64,000 nt of DNA from Alphaproteobacteria bacterium (GTDB taxonomy: Bacteria; Pseudomonadota; Alphaproteobacteria; Rs-D84), in assembly GCA_031549365.1 (NCBI GenBank), contig JAVBPX010000001.1:32001-96000 (forward strand). The letters run 5' to 3'. Positions 52,896 through 63,365 of this stretch are shown here, one piece after another. The notes under the pieces are model-generated. The model did no database searches. It was given only the letters and a program-made list of their open reading frames with translations, and had not been told where the DNA came from. Position 1 is the stretch's first letter. Every line of letters starts with the position of its first letter. The position numbers were made by a program, and so were the translations under genes.

Positions 52896-53627
52896 CTACC
52901 GACTTGGTACTTTGATTGTCTTTTGAAACGTTTTGTTTTCAATTGGGAACAACGCTGTTTGACCGTTTTTTTCCACATTAATAACCAACTCTGCCTCTGG
53001 CTTTTTATTCAATTCCACATATCTATCAATTAATCCCTGACGCGTTGCCTTGTGATCAAAATCAAATGTGTTTATTTTACAAATATTTTTCAACAAATCA
53101 CGCAGAGCAATTATATAATCCAAACTTTTGCTGACTTTGGCCTCGTTTGTAATTGTAACCGTTCCATCAAACTTATTTGGCCCCGGTAAAAGCCTTGTGA
53201 AATCGTACATTTTTGTAACAACTTCTTTGTGCAAAAACCCAGCTGGAATAAAATCAAAGCCACCCTCATCTTCTTTGTCATAAGTTTTTGACGGAAACAA
53301 ATCTGGATTTATGTATGCATTTGAATCCAACCCATGTTCCTTTATGTATACTTTAATGTCCTTGAAGCCGTAACCTTTTACAACCCTGTTATTATCAAAA
53401 CGCGGATTTTTATCCAACTCTTGCAAAATAATCGAAACAACCTGATCTGCATTTAAATTCGTGACTTTGATGGTTGCCGCCTGACAGAATTTGTGCGCTT
53501 TGTATATGTGCTGTTTTGTTTGAATTTCTTTGATCGCATCATTATTAAAGTACTGACATAAAATACGATTATTGTACCCCAGGCTATTCCTGACTTCTTT
53601 TTCAAAAATATCTTTTTTATCTGTCAT
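52896..53627 (-). CDS. Hypothetical protein
   Basis: Open frame of about 243 codons with GAGAGGG SD before ATG 53627; no recognisable motif. Confidence 0.65.
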   Translation of the reverse strand: MTDKKDIFEKEVRNSLGYNNRILCQYFNNDAIKEIQTKQHIYKAHKFCQAATIKVTNLNADQVVSIILQELDKNPRFDNNRVVKGYGFKDIKVYIKEHGLDSNAYINPDLFPSKTYDKEDEGGFDFIPAGFLHKEVVTKMYDFTRLLPGPNKFDGTVTITNEAKVSKSLDYIIALRDLLKNICKINTFDFDHKATRQGLIDRYVELNKKPEAELVINVEKNGQTALFPIENKTFQKTIKVPSR

Positions 53628-53720
53628 GATAACCCTCTCTCGGCTGGTCAATTACAGTTGCCCTATAAATGTAACACACGACTGGCTTTTTGTCAAGTAT
53701 CTTGGGAATAAATACCAATA

Positions 53721-55727
53721 TTATTCCAAAACCAATAAATCTGATTGCAAACGTTTTATTTCGTCACGCAGCGCCGTTGCCTGTTCGAATTCCAGATTTT
53801 CTGCATGTTTTTTCATATCACGAGTCATTTTTTTAATCATTTGTTTAATATCGTCGGTTGACATAATTCCGTCTTTGCCATAAACGAATTTACGAGCAAC
53901 ATCGGTTTTTGGACCTGCATCTTCGGAAACTTGATCAAACACACTCTTTTTAACGGATGTTGGTGTAATATTATTCTCTAAATTATATGCTCGTTGTTTT
54001 TCTCGCCTACGAGATGTCTCGGACATCGCAGCATCCATGCTGGCAGTAATTTTATCAGCATACAAAATAACGCGTCCATTAACATTACGCGCCGCACGAC
54101 CAATTGTTTGAATTAACGATCTGGTTGAACGCAAAAAACCTTCTTTATCTGCATCCAAAATTGCAACTAATTCGCATTCTGGGATATCCAATCCTTCGCG
54201 CAATAAATTGATACCAACCAAGACATCAAAATCCCCCAAACGCAGTCCTCGGATCAATTCAATACGCTCTAACGTTTCAACATCGGAATGTAAATATTTT
54301 GCGCGAATACCATGCTCAACCAAATATTCAGTTAATTGTTCGGCCATTTTTTTGGTTAATGTTGTACATAAAACTCGTCCGCCACGCTCTATGACCAATT
54401 TACATTCATGCATTAAATCATCCACCTGATTCGTGGTTGGACGAACAATACATTCTGGATCAATCAATCCTGTTGGGCGAATCAATTGTTCAACCACAAT
54501 ACCGCGCGATTGTTCAATCTCCCATTGTTCGGGCGTTGCCGATACAAACACAGATAATGGGCGCATATGATCCCATTCTTCGAACATTAATGGGCGATTG
54601 TCGCGGCATGATGGCAAACGGAATCCGTAGTGAACCAAAGTATCTTTGCGCGCACGATCTCCACGAAACATTCCGCGGATTTGAGGAACAGACACGTGCG
54701 ATTCATCAACAAATAATAACGCATCTTTTGGCAAATATTCAAATAATGTTGGCGGCGCTTCGCCTGGTTTTCGCCCCGATAAAAATCTGGAATAATTTTC
54801 AATTCCACGGCAAGTCCCTGTTGCATTTAACATTTCCAAATCAAATTTTGTGCGCTCGGACAATCTCTGCTCTTCTAAAAACTTTTTGTTTTCACGAAAA
54901 TAATCTAAACGTTCTTTTAATTCTGCCTCTATATCCAATACGGCCTGATTGAATGTTGGGCGCGGCATAATATAATGCGAATTCGGATAAATCGTTACAG
55001 TATCCAGCACAACTTTTTTTTGCCCAGTTAAAATATCAAATTCATTAATCTCTTCGATTTCATTTCCAAAGAATGAAATCTTCCAACCACGATCCTCGGA
55101 ATGGGATGGAAATATATCCAAGGTATCGCCACGAACACGAAATTCCCCGCGGGAAAAACCAATGTCATTTCTTTTGTATTGTAATGAAACTAAAATATCG
55201 CAAACATCACGCACGCTTAAATTTTGTCCCACCGAAATTCCAACACGTGATTCAGCATATGTTTCCGGCGCCCCCAAACCGTACAAACATGAAACCGATG
55301 AAACAATAATAACATCGCGATATTCCAATAATGAACGCGTTGCGCTGTGGCGCATACGATCCAATTGATCATTGATTGAAGCATCCTTATCAATATATGT
55401 ATCGGTTGTTGGAACGTATGCTTCTGGCTGATAATAATCATAATATGACACAAAATACTCCACATGATTTTGTGGAAAAAATTGTTTCATTTCTGTATAT
55501 AATTGCGCTGCTAAAATTTTATTCGGCGCCATAATCAACGTCGGCCTTCCAGATTTGGCAATTATGTTCGCCATTGTAAAAGTTTTCCCAGAACCAGTAA
55601 CACCCATTAAAACCTGGCTCTGCTTGTTTTGGTCAATGCCTTCCAATAATTGGCGAATTGCCTCGGGCTGATCACCCGATGGCATATAATTGGAATCCAG
55701 AATAAATGGACTTTTATTCTTCTGCAT
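53721..55727 (-). CDS. uvrB: Excinuclease ABC subunit B
   Basis: [32 protein letters not shown]-terminal UVR domain; start 55727 or 55754. Confidence 0.98.
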   Translation of the reverse strand: MQKNKSPFILDSNYMPSGDQPEAIRQLLEGIDQNKQSQVLMGVTGSGKTFTMANIIAKSGRPTLIMAPNKILAAQLYTEMKQFFPQNHVEYFVSYYDYYQPEAYVPTTDTYIDKDASINDQLDRMRHSATRSLLEYRDVIIVSSVSCLYGLGAPETYAESRVGISVGQNLSVRDVCDILVSLQYKRNDIGFSRGEFRVRGDTLDIFPSHSEDRGWKISFFGNEIEEINEFDILTGQKKVVLDTVTIYPNSHYIMPRPTFNQAVLDIEAELKERLDYFRENKKFLEEQRLSERTKFDLEMLNATGTCRGIENYSRFLSGRKPGEAPPTLFEYLPKDALLFVDESHVSVPQIRGMFRGDRARKDTLVHYGFRLPSCRDNRPLMFEEWDHMRPLSVFVSATPEQWEIEQSRGIVVEQLIRPTGLIDPECIVRPTTNQVDDLMHECKLVIERGGRVLCTTLTKKMAEQLTEYLVEHGIRAKYLHSDVETLERIELIRGLRLGDFDVLVGINLLREGLDIPECELVAILDADKEGFLRSTRSLIQTIGRAARNVNGRVILYADKITASMDAAMSETSRRREKQRAYNLENNITPTSVKKSVFDQVSEDAGPKTDVARKFVYGKDGIMSTDDIKQMIKKMTRDMKKHAENLEFEQATALRDEIKRLQSDLLVLE

Positions 55728-55798
55728 TGGTATTTTTTCCTTGTTTTCAAGCATACATAGGTATTATACTCCAATTATCAAGAGAGAGAATATAAAAA

Positions 55799-58780
55799 AT
55801 GGAAAAAACATCAAAGTCTTGGGTGTCTATGGCCCTCTGGGGCGGTTTGACTTTATTTGTCATGCTGGTGCTGGGGCTGGTAATGGTTCCACAATTTATT
55901 CGACTGGATCCTATGCGTCCTTCACTGGAAGCAGCCATGTCCCAGAGATTTGGCATGAGCGTTATGATCGATGGCAATTTACGTTTATCTCTGGTTCCAA
56001 AACCAACATTAATTGTTGAAAATGTACGTTTCGACGGTCCAATATATCGTGGATCAATTGGTTCTATGACATTTTCAATTCCAATATCCGAAGTCGTCCA
56101 TTATTCCCAAGTATCAATTCCAGAACGCTTAACGATAAACCGTGCAAATTTAATTTTCAAAGGGCCTATGTCTGACGCAGGAATGGCTTTTTTATCTTCT
56201 CCTCAAAAGATTGCAAACACTTTGGTTTTTCGCGGCGCAACATTTTCAGACGGCAAATATACACTGTCAAATATTTATGGAATACTGCGCCCGGCAGATC
56301 GCGCGAACATCTTCAACGGATCGTTTGTATTTAATCGAGAATCGTACAAAGCATCATTATTGCGCAACCAATCCAGATTTCACCTGGATCTTGATAACAC
56401 ACATCAAGTTTTGGATTTATCCATGGATTTTTCAATTCGTGATGATCAAATCCTGGGGGATGGGGAAATAAAATTGACATCACCTCAATTCGGAAAATTC
56501 ATGCAAACGTTGGGCTATGATTATTTCAAACATCAAATGTACCAAAATACATTCGCAATCAAAACCCGATTTTCATTAAATCGACATAATATTGATTTGT
56601 CCCCTTTATCATTTGCATCGCCTAAACTAACGGGGAACGGGATGATTCGAATCCCGCGAAATTCATCAACCGATATGGAAATAATTGAACTATCTCTTAA
56701 AACTGGTGATTTATCACAATTAATACCGAATGAAAAATCATTTGATTCTGAATTATTAAAACTGTTATCCAACCGCCAAATAATGTTGGATGGCAACGGA
56801 TTATTTACTTACAAAAATATGAATTTTAAAAAGTTTGTATTAAAATCCAAAACCGAAGAAAACAATATAATTCGAATCGATCAATTGTTAATCGAAGGTG
56901 ACACCATGAACATTGGCATGGCGGGCCGCATATCTTCCATTGATAACCAATTAAATATGGATCGTATGAATTTGGCATTTCGCATATTTTATCCATCCGA
57001 AGTAATAACATTACCAAAAACTGTATCCGGCATAAAATTGCCTCGCGAAATGTCTGGACAATGCCTATTGAACGGAACATATAAAAATTGGATATGTGAT
57101 CCAATGTTGATTGTTTTGCCAAATGTAAATGCAACTGGATCGCTATCATACACAACAACTGATAATGTTCCAAAATATTCATTGTTCATAGAATCTCCTA
57201 AATTGGATGTGTCCGACTTTGTAACTGCAGATGTATCTGGATTGCGCGACACACTTACATATCTACCATCCGTGTTTACTTTTAATTGGTCGTTAGGCTT
57301 TAAAACACCTGAATTTACATACGACGGCACTACGTTATTATCACTATCGGGCATGCTTGATATAACTCCAAAATCGGTTAAAATATCCAATGATTTACCA
57401 ATTACATATAAATCACAGGACCAAACAACAACCATATCTGGCGCAATTGAAAAAGATAAAAACTCTTGGAATTTTGTTGATTTTCAAATGAACAAAACAC
57501 AAATGAAATTATCAAACCAAGTTTGGACAACTGTAAAAATGCCATTGTCCGGGTCGTATTTCATGGATAAAATCGGAACATTAATCGCTTCTTTTAATGG
57601 ACCAATGTCATACCCTTCAATTAATGCTTCGTTTATAAATCCAGATTTTACTTTCGGATTTGAAAGGAATACTAACGCAAAAAATATGACATTTACAATT
57701 ACTTTGGCGGATGCTGCGGTCGCCGCAAAAATATTGTATCCTGATTTTTCAACAACATTTTTGCCAAACAATTTGAACGTATCACTATCTGGCGAATTTT
57801 ATAATGCTGGGAACACAGCATATATATCGAATGCTATATTGAAAATTGGGAAAACAACATTTAATGGAACAATCGAACATTTGATGGATTCAAATGGTCC
57901 AATTGTTGCGAATTTAAAAACAGAAACTGTGGATTTGGACTCTATGATTGATTTAAAATACAGGGACGATTACCAATCATTGCAATTTGTATCTCAAAAT
58001 CCATTTATATCCGCATTGCATATCCCAAATATATCGTTGTCCATCTCGGCAGGGAATTTGATTTACCACGGCATTTCATATGATTCGTTTTCATATGCAT
58101 TAAACACAAACAAATCATCAGCATCGCAAAAACTGTCTATTACAGATGCGGCTCTTGGATCTGTAATTTTGGATATAAATCGTAAAAATGGTGGATATGA
58201 TATCTCGGTCCAGGCAAACCGCTTTAAAGTAACCGACCCAATATTACCAATTAAAACGCCATTAAATGTACGCGAATCAGAATTAACAATGGATGCTAAA
58301 TTATATACATTCGGCATGACCGCGTATGATATTAATCGAAATATGAATGGAACTATATCATTTGATTTTTCAGACGGGATTATAATGGGACTTGGGTATG
58401 ATCAATTCTATCAAAAAACATCTTCTTTTTCCCGGGCGAACTTGGAAAATGCCCTGACAACCGCATTGACAACCGGCGCGTCTCGCTTTCAGTCTTTATC
58501 AATACGCGGAACATTAATTGATGGAAAATTCCAAACTGACCGCCCTTTTGTTTTAAAATCTAAATTTGTAACGATTACCGGGAATATGCAATACGATTCA
58601 GAATCATTAACATTACAATCAAGCATGTTGATGTTGGGCACTTCGGCCAATCCAAAACCAATATCGGTTGATATTATAAAAAATGGGATGCGCCAATTCA
58701 GCATAATGGAAATTCAACAAAACATCGACCCAGATTACACAAATTATTATTTTATGAATATGGGGAACGCACAAAATTAA
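55799..58780 (+). CDS. Large AsmA-like protein
   Basis: N-terminal TM helix plus AsmA-type N-domain (GMSVMIDGNLRLSLVPKPTLIVENV), long beta-rich body, C-terminal GTISFDFSDGIIMG motif. Confidence 0.72.
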   Translation: MEKTSKSWVSMALWGGLTLFVMLVLGLVMVPQFIRLDPMRPSLEAAMSQRFGMSVMIDGNLRLSLVPKPTLIVENVRFDGPIYRGSIGSMTFSIPISEVVHYSQVSIPERLTINRANLIFKGPMSDAGMAFLSSPQKIANTLVFRGATFSDGKYTLSNIYGILRPADRANIFNGSFVFNRESYKASLLRNQSRFHLDLDNTHQVLDLSMDFSIRDDQILGDGEIKLTSPQFGKFMQTLGYDYFKHQMYQNTFAIKTRFSLNRHNIDLSPLSFASPKLTGNGMIRIPRNSSTDMEIIELSLKTGDLSQLIPNEKSFDSELLKLLSNRQIMLDGNGLFTYKNMNFKKFVLKSKTEENNIIRIDQLLIEGDTMNIGMAGRISSIDNQLNMDRMNLAFRIFYPSEVITLPKTVSGIKLPREMSGQCLLNGTYKNWICDPMLIVLPNVNATGSLSYTTTDNVPKYSLFIESPKLDVSDFVTADVSGLRDTLTYLPSVFTFNWSLGFKTPEFTYDGTTLLSLSGMLDITPKSVKISNDLPITYKSQDQTTTISGAIEKDKNSWNFVDFQMNKTQMKLSNQVWTTVKMPLSGSYFMDKIGTLIASFNGPMSYPSINASFINPDFTFGFERNTNAKNMTFTITLADAAVAAKILYPDFSTTFLPNNLNVSLSGEFYNAGNTAYISNAILKIGKTTFNGTIEHLMDSNGPIVANLKTETVDLDSMIDLKYRDDYQSLQFVSQNPFISALHIPNISLSISAGNLIYHGISYDSFSYALNTNKSSASQKLSITDAALGSVILDINRKNGGYDISVQANRFKVTDPILPIKTPLNVRESELTMDAKLYTFGMTAYDINRNMNGTISFDFSDGIIMGLGYDQFYQKTSSFSRANLENALTTALTTGASRFQSLSIRGTLIDGKFQTDRPFVLKSKFVTITGNMQYDSESLTLQSSMLMLGTSANPKPISVDIIKNGMRQFSIMEIQQNIDPDYTNYYFMNMGNAQN

Positions 58781-58992
58781 TTATTCGATTGTAATCGTTT
58801 TAAAACATATATGCGAATGTATCCAGATAAATTTTTATTAACCGAAATATCTCTGTCTTGATCAATTTTTTGAATTAATTTTGCCACAGATATATTATCA
58901 TCATCCGCCCATTTTTGGATCAAATCAAAAAATTCTTTTTCTAGAGTAATACTGGTTTTATGACCTTGGATTGATATTGAATATTTTGACAT
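58777..58992 (-). CDS. Ribbon-helix-helix protein (RHH_4 family)
   Basis: SISIQGHKTSITLEKEFF...LIQKID...NLSGYIRIYVL signature. Confidence 0.88.
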   Translation of the reverse strand: MSKYSISIQGHKTSITLEKEFFDLIQKWADDDNISVAKLIQKIDQDRDISVNKNLSGYIRIYVLKRLQSNN

Positions 58993-58993
58993 T

Positions 58994-59437
58994 TTATATC
59001 AGCCCCACCAATAAGCATTCATACATAGCCCGATAAATAGAGGCGTATTTTTTAACAGGGGACAACGTCATTACATCCAACATCCAAACAACGCCCGATG
59101 AATCAACCGCGAACCAAAATAAACCATTACGTCCAATTACCGTTTTTCCGCGTAATACCTTGTATGCCATTAATTCTTTGTTTACTGTAATTATACTGGG
59201 CAATATATACATCCGGCCATCGCGATTATATTCAGTAACACCAAATATCTGTGCATCCCCACAAATAATTCCATCATGCCGCATATAAAAGCGCATTAAA
59301 TCCATTGGCAACATTGCACACTGCATTTGCATTAACGAACCCTGGGCAATCTCAATTGCGCGTTCTGATGCCGCCGGCAACATGATCGCAACATCTTTTT
59401 TATTTTGTAATTCTTTTAAAAATTCTTCATGGTTCAT
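58994..59437 (-). CDS. SMI1/KNR4 (SUKH, YrhA-like) family protein
   Basis: PAASERAIE...LPMDLMRFYMRHDG...IFG pattern of SUKH immunity proteins. Confidence 0.65.
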   Translation of the reverse strand: MNHEEFLKELQNKKDVAIMLPAASERAIEIAQGSLMQMQCAMLPMDLMRFYMRHDGIICGDAQIFGVTEYNRDGRMYILPSIITVNKELMAYKVLRGKTVIGRNGLFWFAVDSSGVVWMLDVMTLSPVKKYASIYRAMYECLLVGLI

Positions 59438-59438
59438 T

Positions 59439-59996
59439 TTAATTTTTTCCCTGGGTCATTTGTTGCGCAACTATTGCTGACGCAATTTCTGACATTCTGT
59501 CGGATGTAGTGTTACCACCTGCCCCATTATTCATTGAACGCAATGTTGGGACATAAACTTTTTTGGCCGGATTTGGAACAAATAATTCAGGCGCATAATC
59601 ATAACCCGCCGTTGGCGTTTTACCCATTTTTGCCATATAATCCATCGCCTGATCAATTAAAAAACGGTCCAATAATTGGCCATACGGATGCATAGCAACC
59701 AAATACATATTATCAACACTGATTTCACCGCCATACATCAAAGGACGCTTAAATTTTATTGATAGATTTTCTGGCAATTCCATATTTTGTAATAACCCCA
59801 TTAACATTGGCATTGATAAATTCATCAACATTAATTCTTCAACAGAATCGCTCAAAGACTGTAAAAATTCCCGCCGTATTTTTTTAAATTTTACATACCA
59901 ATCAGAATCTAATGTTACTGGGCGAAACGACACATGTTGGACTGGCAAATCATCCATCCCAAAATCTTTCAATTTCTGTTCCCAAATACTTTGCAT
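59439..59996 (-). CDS. Hypothetical protein resembling an inactivated HNH toxin nuclease
   Basis: RREFLQSL...LPENLSIKFKRPLMYGGEISVDNMYLVAMHPYG parallels toxin HNH VHHK.PL..GGTN...NL.LI...PYH with the catalytic residues replaced. Confidence 0.5.
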   Translation of the reverse strand: MQSIWEQKLKDFGMDDLPVQHVSFRPVTLDSDWYVKFKKIRREFLQSLSDSVEELMLMNLSMPMLMGLLQNMELPENLSIKFKRPLMYGGEISVDNMYLVAMHPYGQLLDRFLIDQAMDYMAKMGKTPTAGYDYAPELFVPNPAKKVYVPTLRSMNNGAGGNTTSDRMSEIASAIVAQQMTQGKN

Positions 59997-61204
59997 TATA
60001 CTTCACTCGATTCTTGGTTAAAATATGAATATATCGCATCAACAAATTCATCAAATGCTTCGTCTGGCCCTTCGGAATTTTTGTGGGCGCTGACAAATGA
60101 TTCCAACGTTGGCATATCACTTTGGTTTATGTTTGAAATAACAGAAACATCCAAAGCATTCCAAACAGATTTAATTTGATCCAGGTTTGTAATTGTGGCA
60201 TTTTCTAATAATAACCAGGGCGTTATTTTTATACCATCTTCATCTTCTAATGCTTCGATCGCCAGCGCACGAACCTTTTCAACCACATCAACCAGAGCCC
60301 AAACAGGCGACTTAATTTCGTCCCCAGATGATGATTTCCACAACAACGGCTCTCCGTTTTTCTCACCTTCGAATGCACTGATGTCACCAGAATTCGAACA
60401 AATTAACCCTATCATTAATTCTTGACCTCGGGTTGCCCAAACACTCGGTTTAATTCCTGAAATACTTGGGGAATTCTTGATAATAAATCCAGCATTCTCA
60501 AAAACATTTTTAACTTTTTCCATCGTATCAGAACGCGGATTAAATTTCGGACTCTTAGAAAATGGTTCAAACGGATCAGACATAACAACAGAATTTGAAT
60601 CTTGTTCCAACGTCGGTCCAGACATAACGATTGGCGCTGGCGGAATTAAACCATTTGATGGGTTAATCACAGGCATGCTGACTGAATCAGATTGAATGGT
60701 TGATAATGCTGCCATATTAATATTTGGCGCAGACAACATCGGAGGTCGAACCAATTGCACAGACACAGCTTCTGGCTCTACTTTTTTTTCAGAAATATTT
60801 TCTGATATATTTTTAACCTCGGCAACATTAACCGCTATTCTGGGCATACCAAAATCAATAGAACGTTCCGGAGTTGCAGTTTGATTCGGCATACGAATAC
60901 TGCCCCCTATGGAATTTTTCATTAATAATTTTTCGTCTTCCTCTTCTTCTGGTGTGAATAATTTGCGACAACACCAGGCAGTTCCGTATAAACCAACCAA
61001 CCAAATGATTGAAACAAAGGTTAACGTGAAATAAAAACCCATTGAAATATTCGCGCCATGAATTTGCTGATCAATAAAATATGACCAATGCGACAAAGAC
61101 AATAAATTAAAGGCATAGGTATGATTAACAAACAAAACCGTCCCCAATAATATAATACTGGTCCACAAGAACATCATTAAAAATGTATCTATTGTTTGCT
61201 TCAT
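59996..61204 (-). CDS. Two-TM membrane protein with Pro-rich linker and degenerate NERD/PD-(D/E)XK-like C-domain
   Basis: Two TM segments, low-complexity linker, then SNSGDISAFE...W...SPVWAL...ITPWLLL; GAGGGG SD before ATG 61204. Confidence 0.5.
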   Translation of the reverse strand: MKQTIDTFLMMFLWTSIILLGTVLFVNHTYAFNLLSLSHWSYFIDQQIHGANISMGFYFTLTFVSIIWLVGLYGTAWCCRKLFTPEEEEDEKLLMKNSIGGSIRMPNQTATPERSIDFGMPRIAVNVAEVKNISENISEKKVEPEAVSVQLVRPPMLSAPNINMAALSTIQSDSVSMPVINPSNGLIPPAPIVMSGPTLEQDSNSVVMSDPFEPFSKSPKFNPRSDTMEKVKNVFENAGFIIKNSPSISGIKPSVWATRGQELMIGLICSNSGDISAFEGEKNGEPLLWKSSSGDEIKSPVWALVDVVEKVRALAIEALEDEDGIKITPWLLLENATITNLDQIKSVWNALDVSVISNINQSDMPTLESFVSAHKNSEGPDEAFDEFVDAIYSYFNQESSEV

Positions 61205-61256
61205 TAAAATCCCCCTCATCGTGGTATTATAACATACCACGTGGGGGTAATCCAAG

Positions 61257-62996
61257 TTATTCTTGGTTGTCGCGTGTCATTTGTAAAAATTTATCTCGGC
61301 GTTGCTTTAACAATTCTTCGCCAGACATTTTTCCCAAAACTTTTAATTCAGAAACAATTGCGTCTTTCATTTGATCCATTGTTGTCGCCCAATCCAAATG
61401 CGCACCACCGGCCGGCTCCATAACAATTTTATCAATTACGCCCTGTTCTTTTAATTCGGACGCAGTCAATTTCATGGCTGCCGCAGCCTGCATTTTATAT
61501 TGATTGTCCCTCCATAAAATAGAAGCACAAGATTCAGGCGCAATAACTGAATAAATCGCATTTTCCAGCATCATAACTGTATTTCCGGTTGCAACAGCAA
61601 TCGCACCACCAGATCCCCCCTCGCCCACAATCATTGAAATATATGGCGTTTTAATTGATAAACCCTGATGAATTGATGATGCCACCGCTTCGGATTGTCC
61701 TCGTTCTTCGGCTTCTAATCCGGCAAACGCGCCCGTTGTATCAACCAATGTGATTACTGGCAAATTGCATTTTTCAGCCAACCTCATCAAACGGGCGGCT
61801 TTTCTATATCCTTCGGGATTTGGCATACCAAAACGGTGTTTTTGGCGGGTTTCAATTGTACGCCCCTTTTCTTGGCCCATAATCATAACAGGAATTCCTT
61901 GAATATATCCCAACCCTCCAATTAATGCAGGATCCTCGGCATATAATCTATCGCCTGCCAATGGGGTAAAACGATCGACCATTCCATTTATATAATCCAA
62001 AAAATGCGGTCTGTTTTCATTTCTGGCCAATAATACTTTGGTGTATGCTTCGGTCTTTTCTTCTTTCGATTTTGATTTTGTGCTTGTCTTTTGTTGTACA
62101 ACTTCTGTCTTTGGCGTAACCACAGCCTTGATTTCTGGCACGTGCTCTTTGCGCATTAATACAGCTAAAACATCTGATAAAGTATCTTTTAAATGCGCAC
62201 GCGTTGTAACAATATCAATCATGCCATGCTCATATAAATATTCGGATGTTTGGAAATCATTTGGTAATTTTTCACGAATATTTTGCTCGATAACGCGACG
62301 CCCTGCAAATCCGATACGAGCACCAGATTCTGCGATATGAACATCGCCCAACATTGCAAATGATGCTGTAACACCACCAAATGTTGGATCCGTTAAAATA
62401 ACAATATATGGTAATTTTGCATCTTTTAATTTATCAATCGCGGATGTAGTGCGTGCCATCTGCATCAATGCTAAAACGTTTTCCTGCATACGCGCACCAC
62501 CAGATGATGTAACAATAACAAATGGTTCACGATTTTTAATGGCATGATCAACACCGGCAATTATCCCTTCACCAACAGCGCGTCCCATTGATCCGCCATT
62601 GAATTCAATATTCATAACAGCCATGGTTGTTTTGACACCACCAACGGCACCAGAAGCAACCGCAATTGCATCATCATAACCCGTTTCTTTGCGGGCTTCG
62701 GCTAATCTGGTTGTATATGGCTTTAAATCAACAAAGCCCAACGGATCATCAGACACATGTGGTAAATTAATTTTTTCATAATCCACGGAATCAAATAATA
62801 AATCAAACCTTTGCTTTGGAGTCATTCCAAACAAATGGTTACATTCTGGGCATACACGTAAATTATCCTTGTAATCTTTGTAATAAACCAACTTTCCACA
62901 ATGCGCACACTTTAACCACATCAATCGACGAACGGAATCATATCGTTCCAAATTTTTATTTTTTATTCCTGGCTTTTTCTTTTTCAATAACCACAT
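61257..62996 (-). CDS. Fused acetyl-CoA carboxylase carboxyltransferase beta-alpha (AccD-AccA)
   Basis: N-half: CAHC/CPEC zinc finger, GGSMG, SSGGARMQE, GFAGRRVIEQ. C-half: GDRLYAED, FGMPNPEGYRKA, GEGGSGGA, YSVIAPESCASILW. One continuous frame. Confidence 0.93.
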   Translation of the reverse strand: MWLLKKKKPGIKNKNLERYDSVRRLMWLKCAHCGKLVYYKDYKDNLRVCPECNHLFGMTPKQRFDLLFDSVDYEKINLPHVSDDPLGFVDLKPYTTRLAEARKETGYDDAIAVASGAVGGVKTTMAVMNIEFNGGSMGRAVGEGIIAGVDHAIKNREPFVIVTSSGGARMQENVLALMQMARTTSAIDKLKDAKLPYIVILTDPTFGGVTASFAMLGDVHIAESGARIGFAGRRVIEQNIREKLPNDFQTSEYLYEHGMIDIVTTRAHLKDTLSDVLAVLMRKEHVPEIKAVVTPKTEVVQQKTSTKSKSKEEKTEAYTKVLLARNENRPHFLDYINGMVDRFTPLAGDRLYAEDPALIGGLGYIQGIPVMIMGQEKGRTIETRQKHRFGMPNPEGYRKAARLMRLAEKCNLPVITLVDTTGAFAGLEAEERGQSEAVASSIHQGLSIKTPYISMIVGEGGSGGAIAVATGNTVMMLENAIYSVIAPESCASILWRDNQYKMQAAAAMKLTASELKEQGVIDKIVMEPAGGAHLDWATTMDQMKDAIVSELKVLGKMSGEELLKQRRDKFLQMTRDNQE

Positions 62997-63017
62997 TTTA
63001 AATCCTTTGGGATAAAA

Positions 63018-63302
63018 TTAATCTTCGTTATTCATTTTTTTTGCTAAATCCGTTCCCATTTTGAAATGCACAGATTTTTTGGCAGGCACAGCAATCATTT
63101 CCCCAGTTTTTGGATTATACCCAATCCTGGTTGCCAATTTACGAGGGGAAAAAGAACCAAATCTTCTTATCTCAACCCTGTGGCCTTCGGAAATTTTTTG
63201 CATAACTTCGGATAACACAGTATCAACAATTGCTGTTGCTTCGGTTAATTCCATTCTTGGGTACCTTACCTGAACGGATCTGATCAAATCTGATCTCTTC
63301 AT
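63018..63302 (-). CDS. ihfB: Integration host factor beta / HU-family DNA-binding protein
   Basis: RVEIRRFGSF, GYNPKTGE, VHFKMG. Confidence 0.75.
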   Translation of the reverse strand: MKRSDLIRSVQVRYPRMELTEATAIVDTVLSEVMQKISEGHRVEIRRFGSFSPRKLATRIGYNPKTGEMIAVPAKKSVHFKMGTDLAKKMNNED

Positions 63303-63365
63303 AATATCTTACTCCTTGTAACTTGGGATGATATAATGGCCTAAAACTTCTAAAAATTCAAGTTG

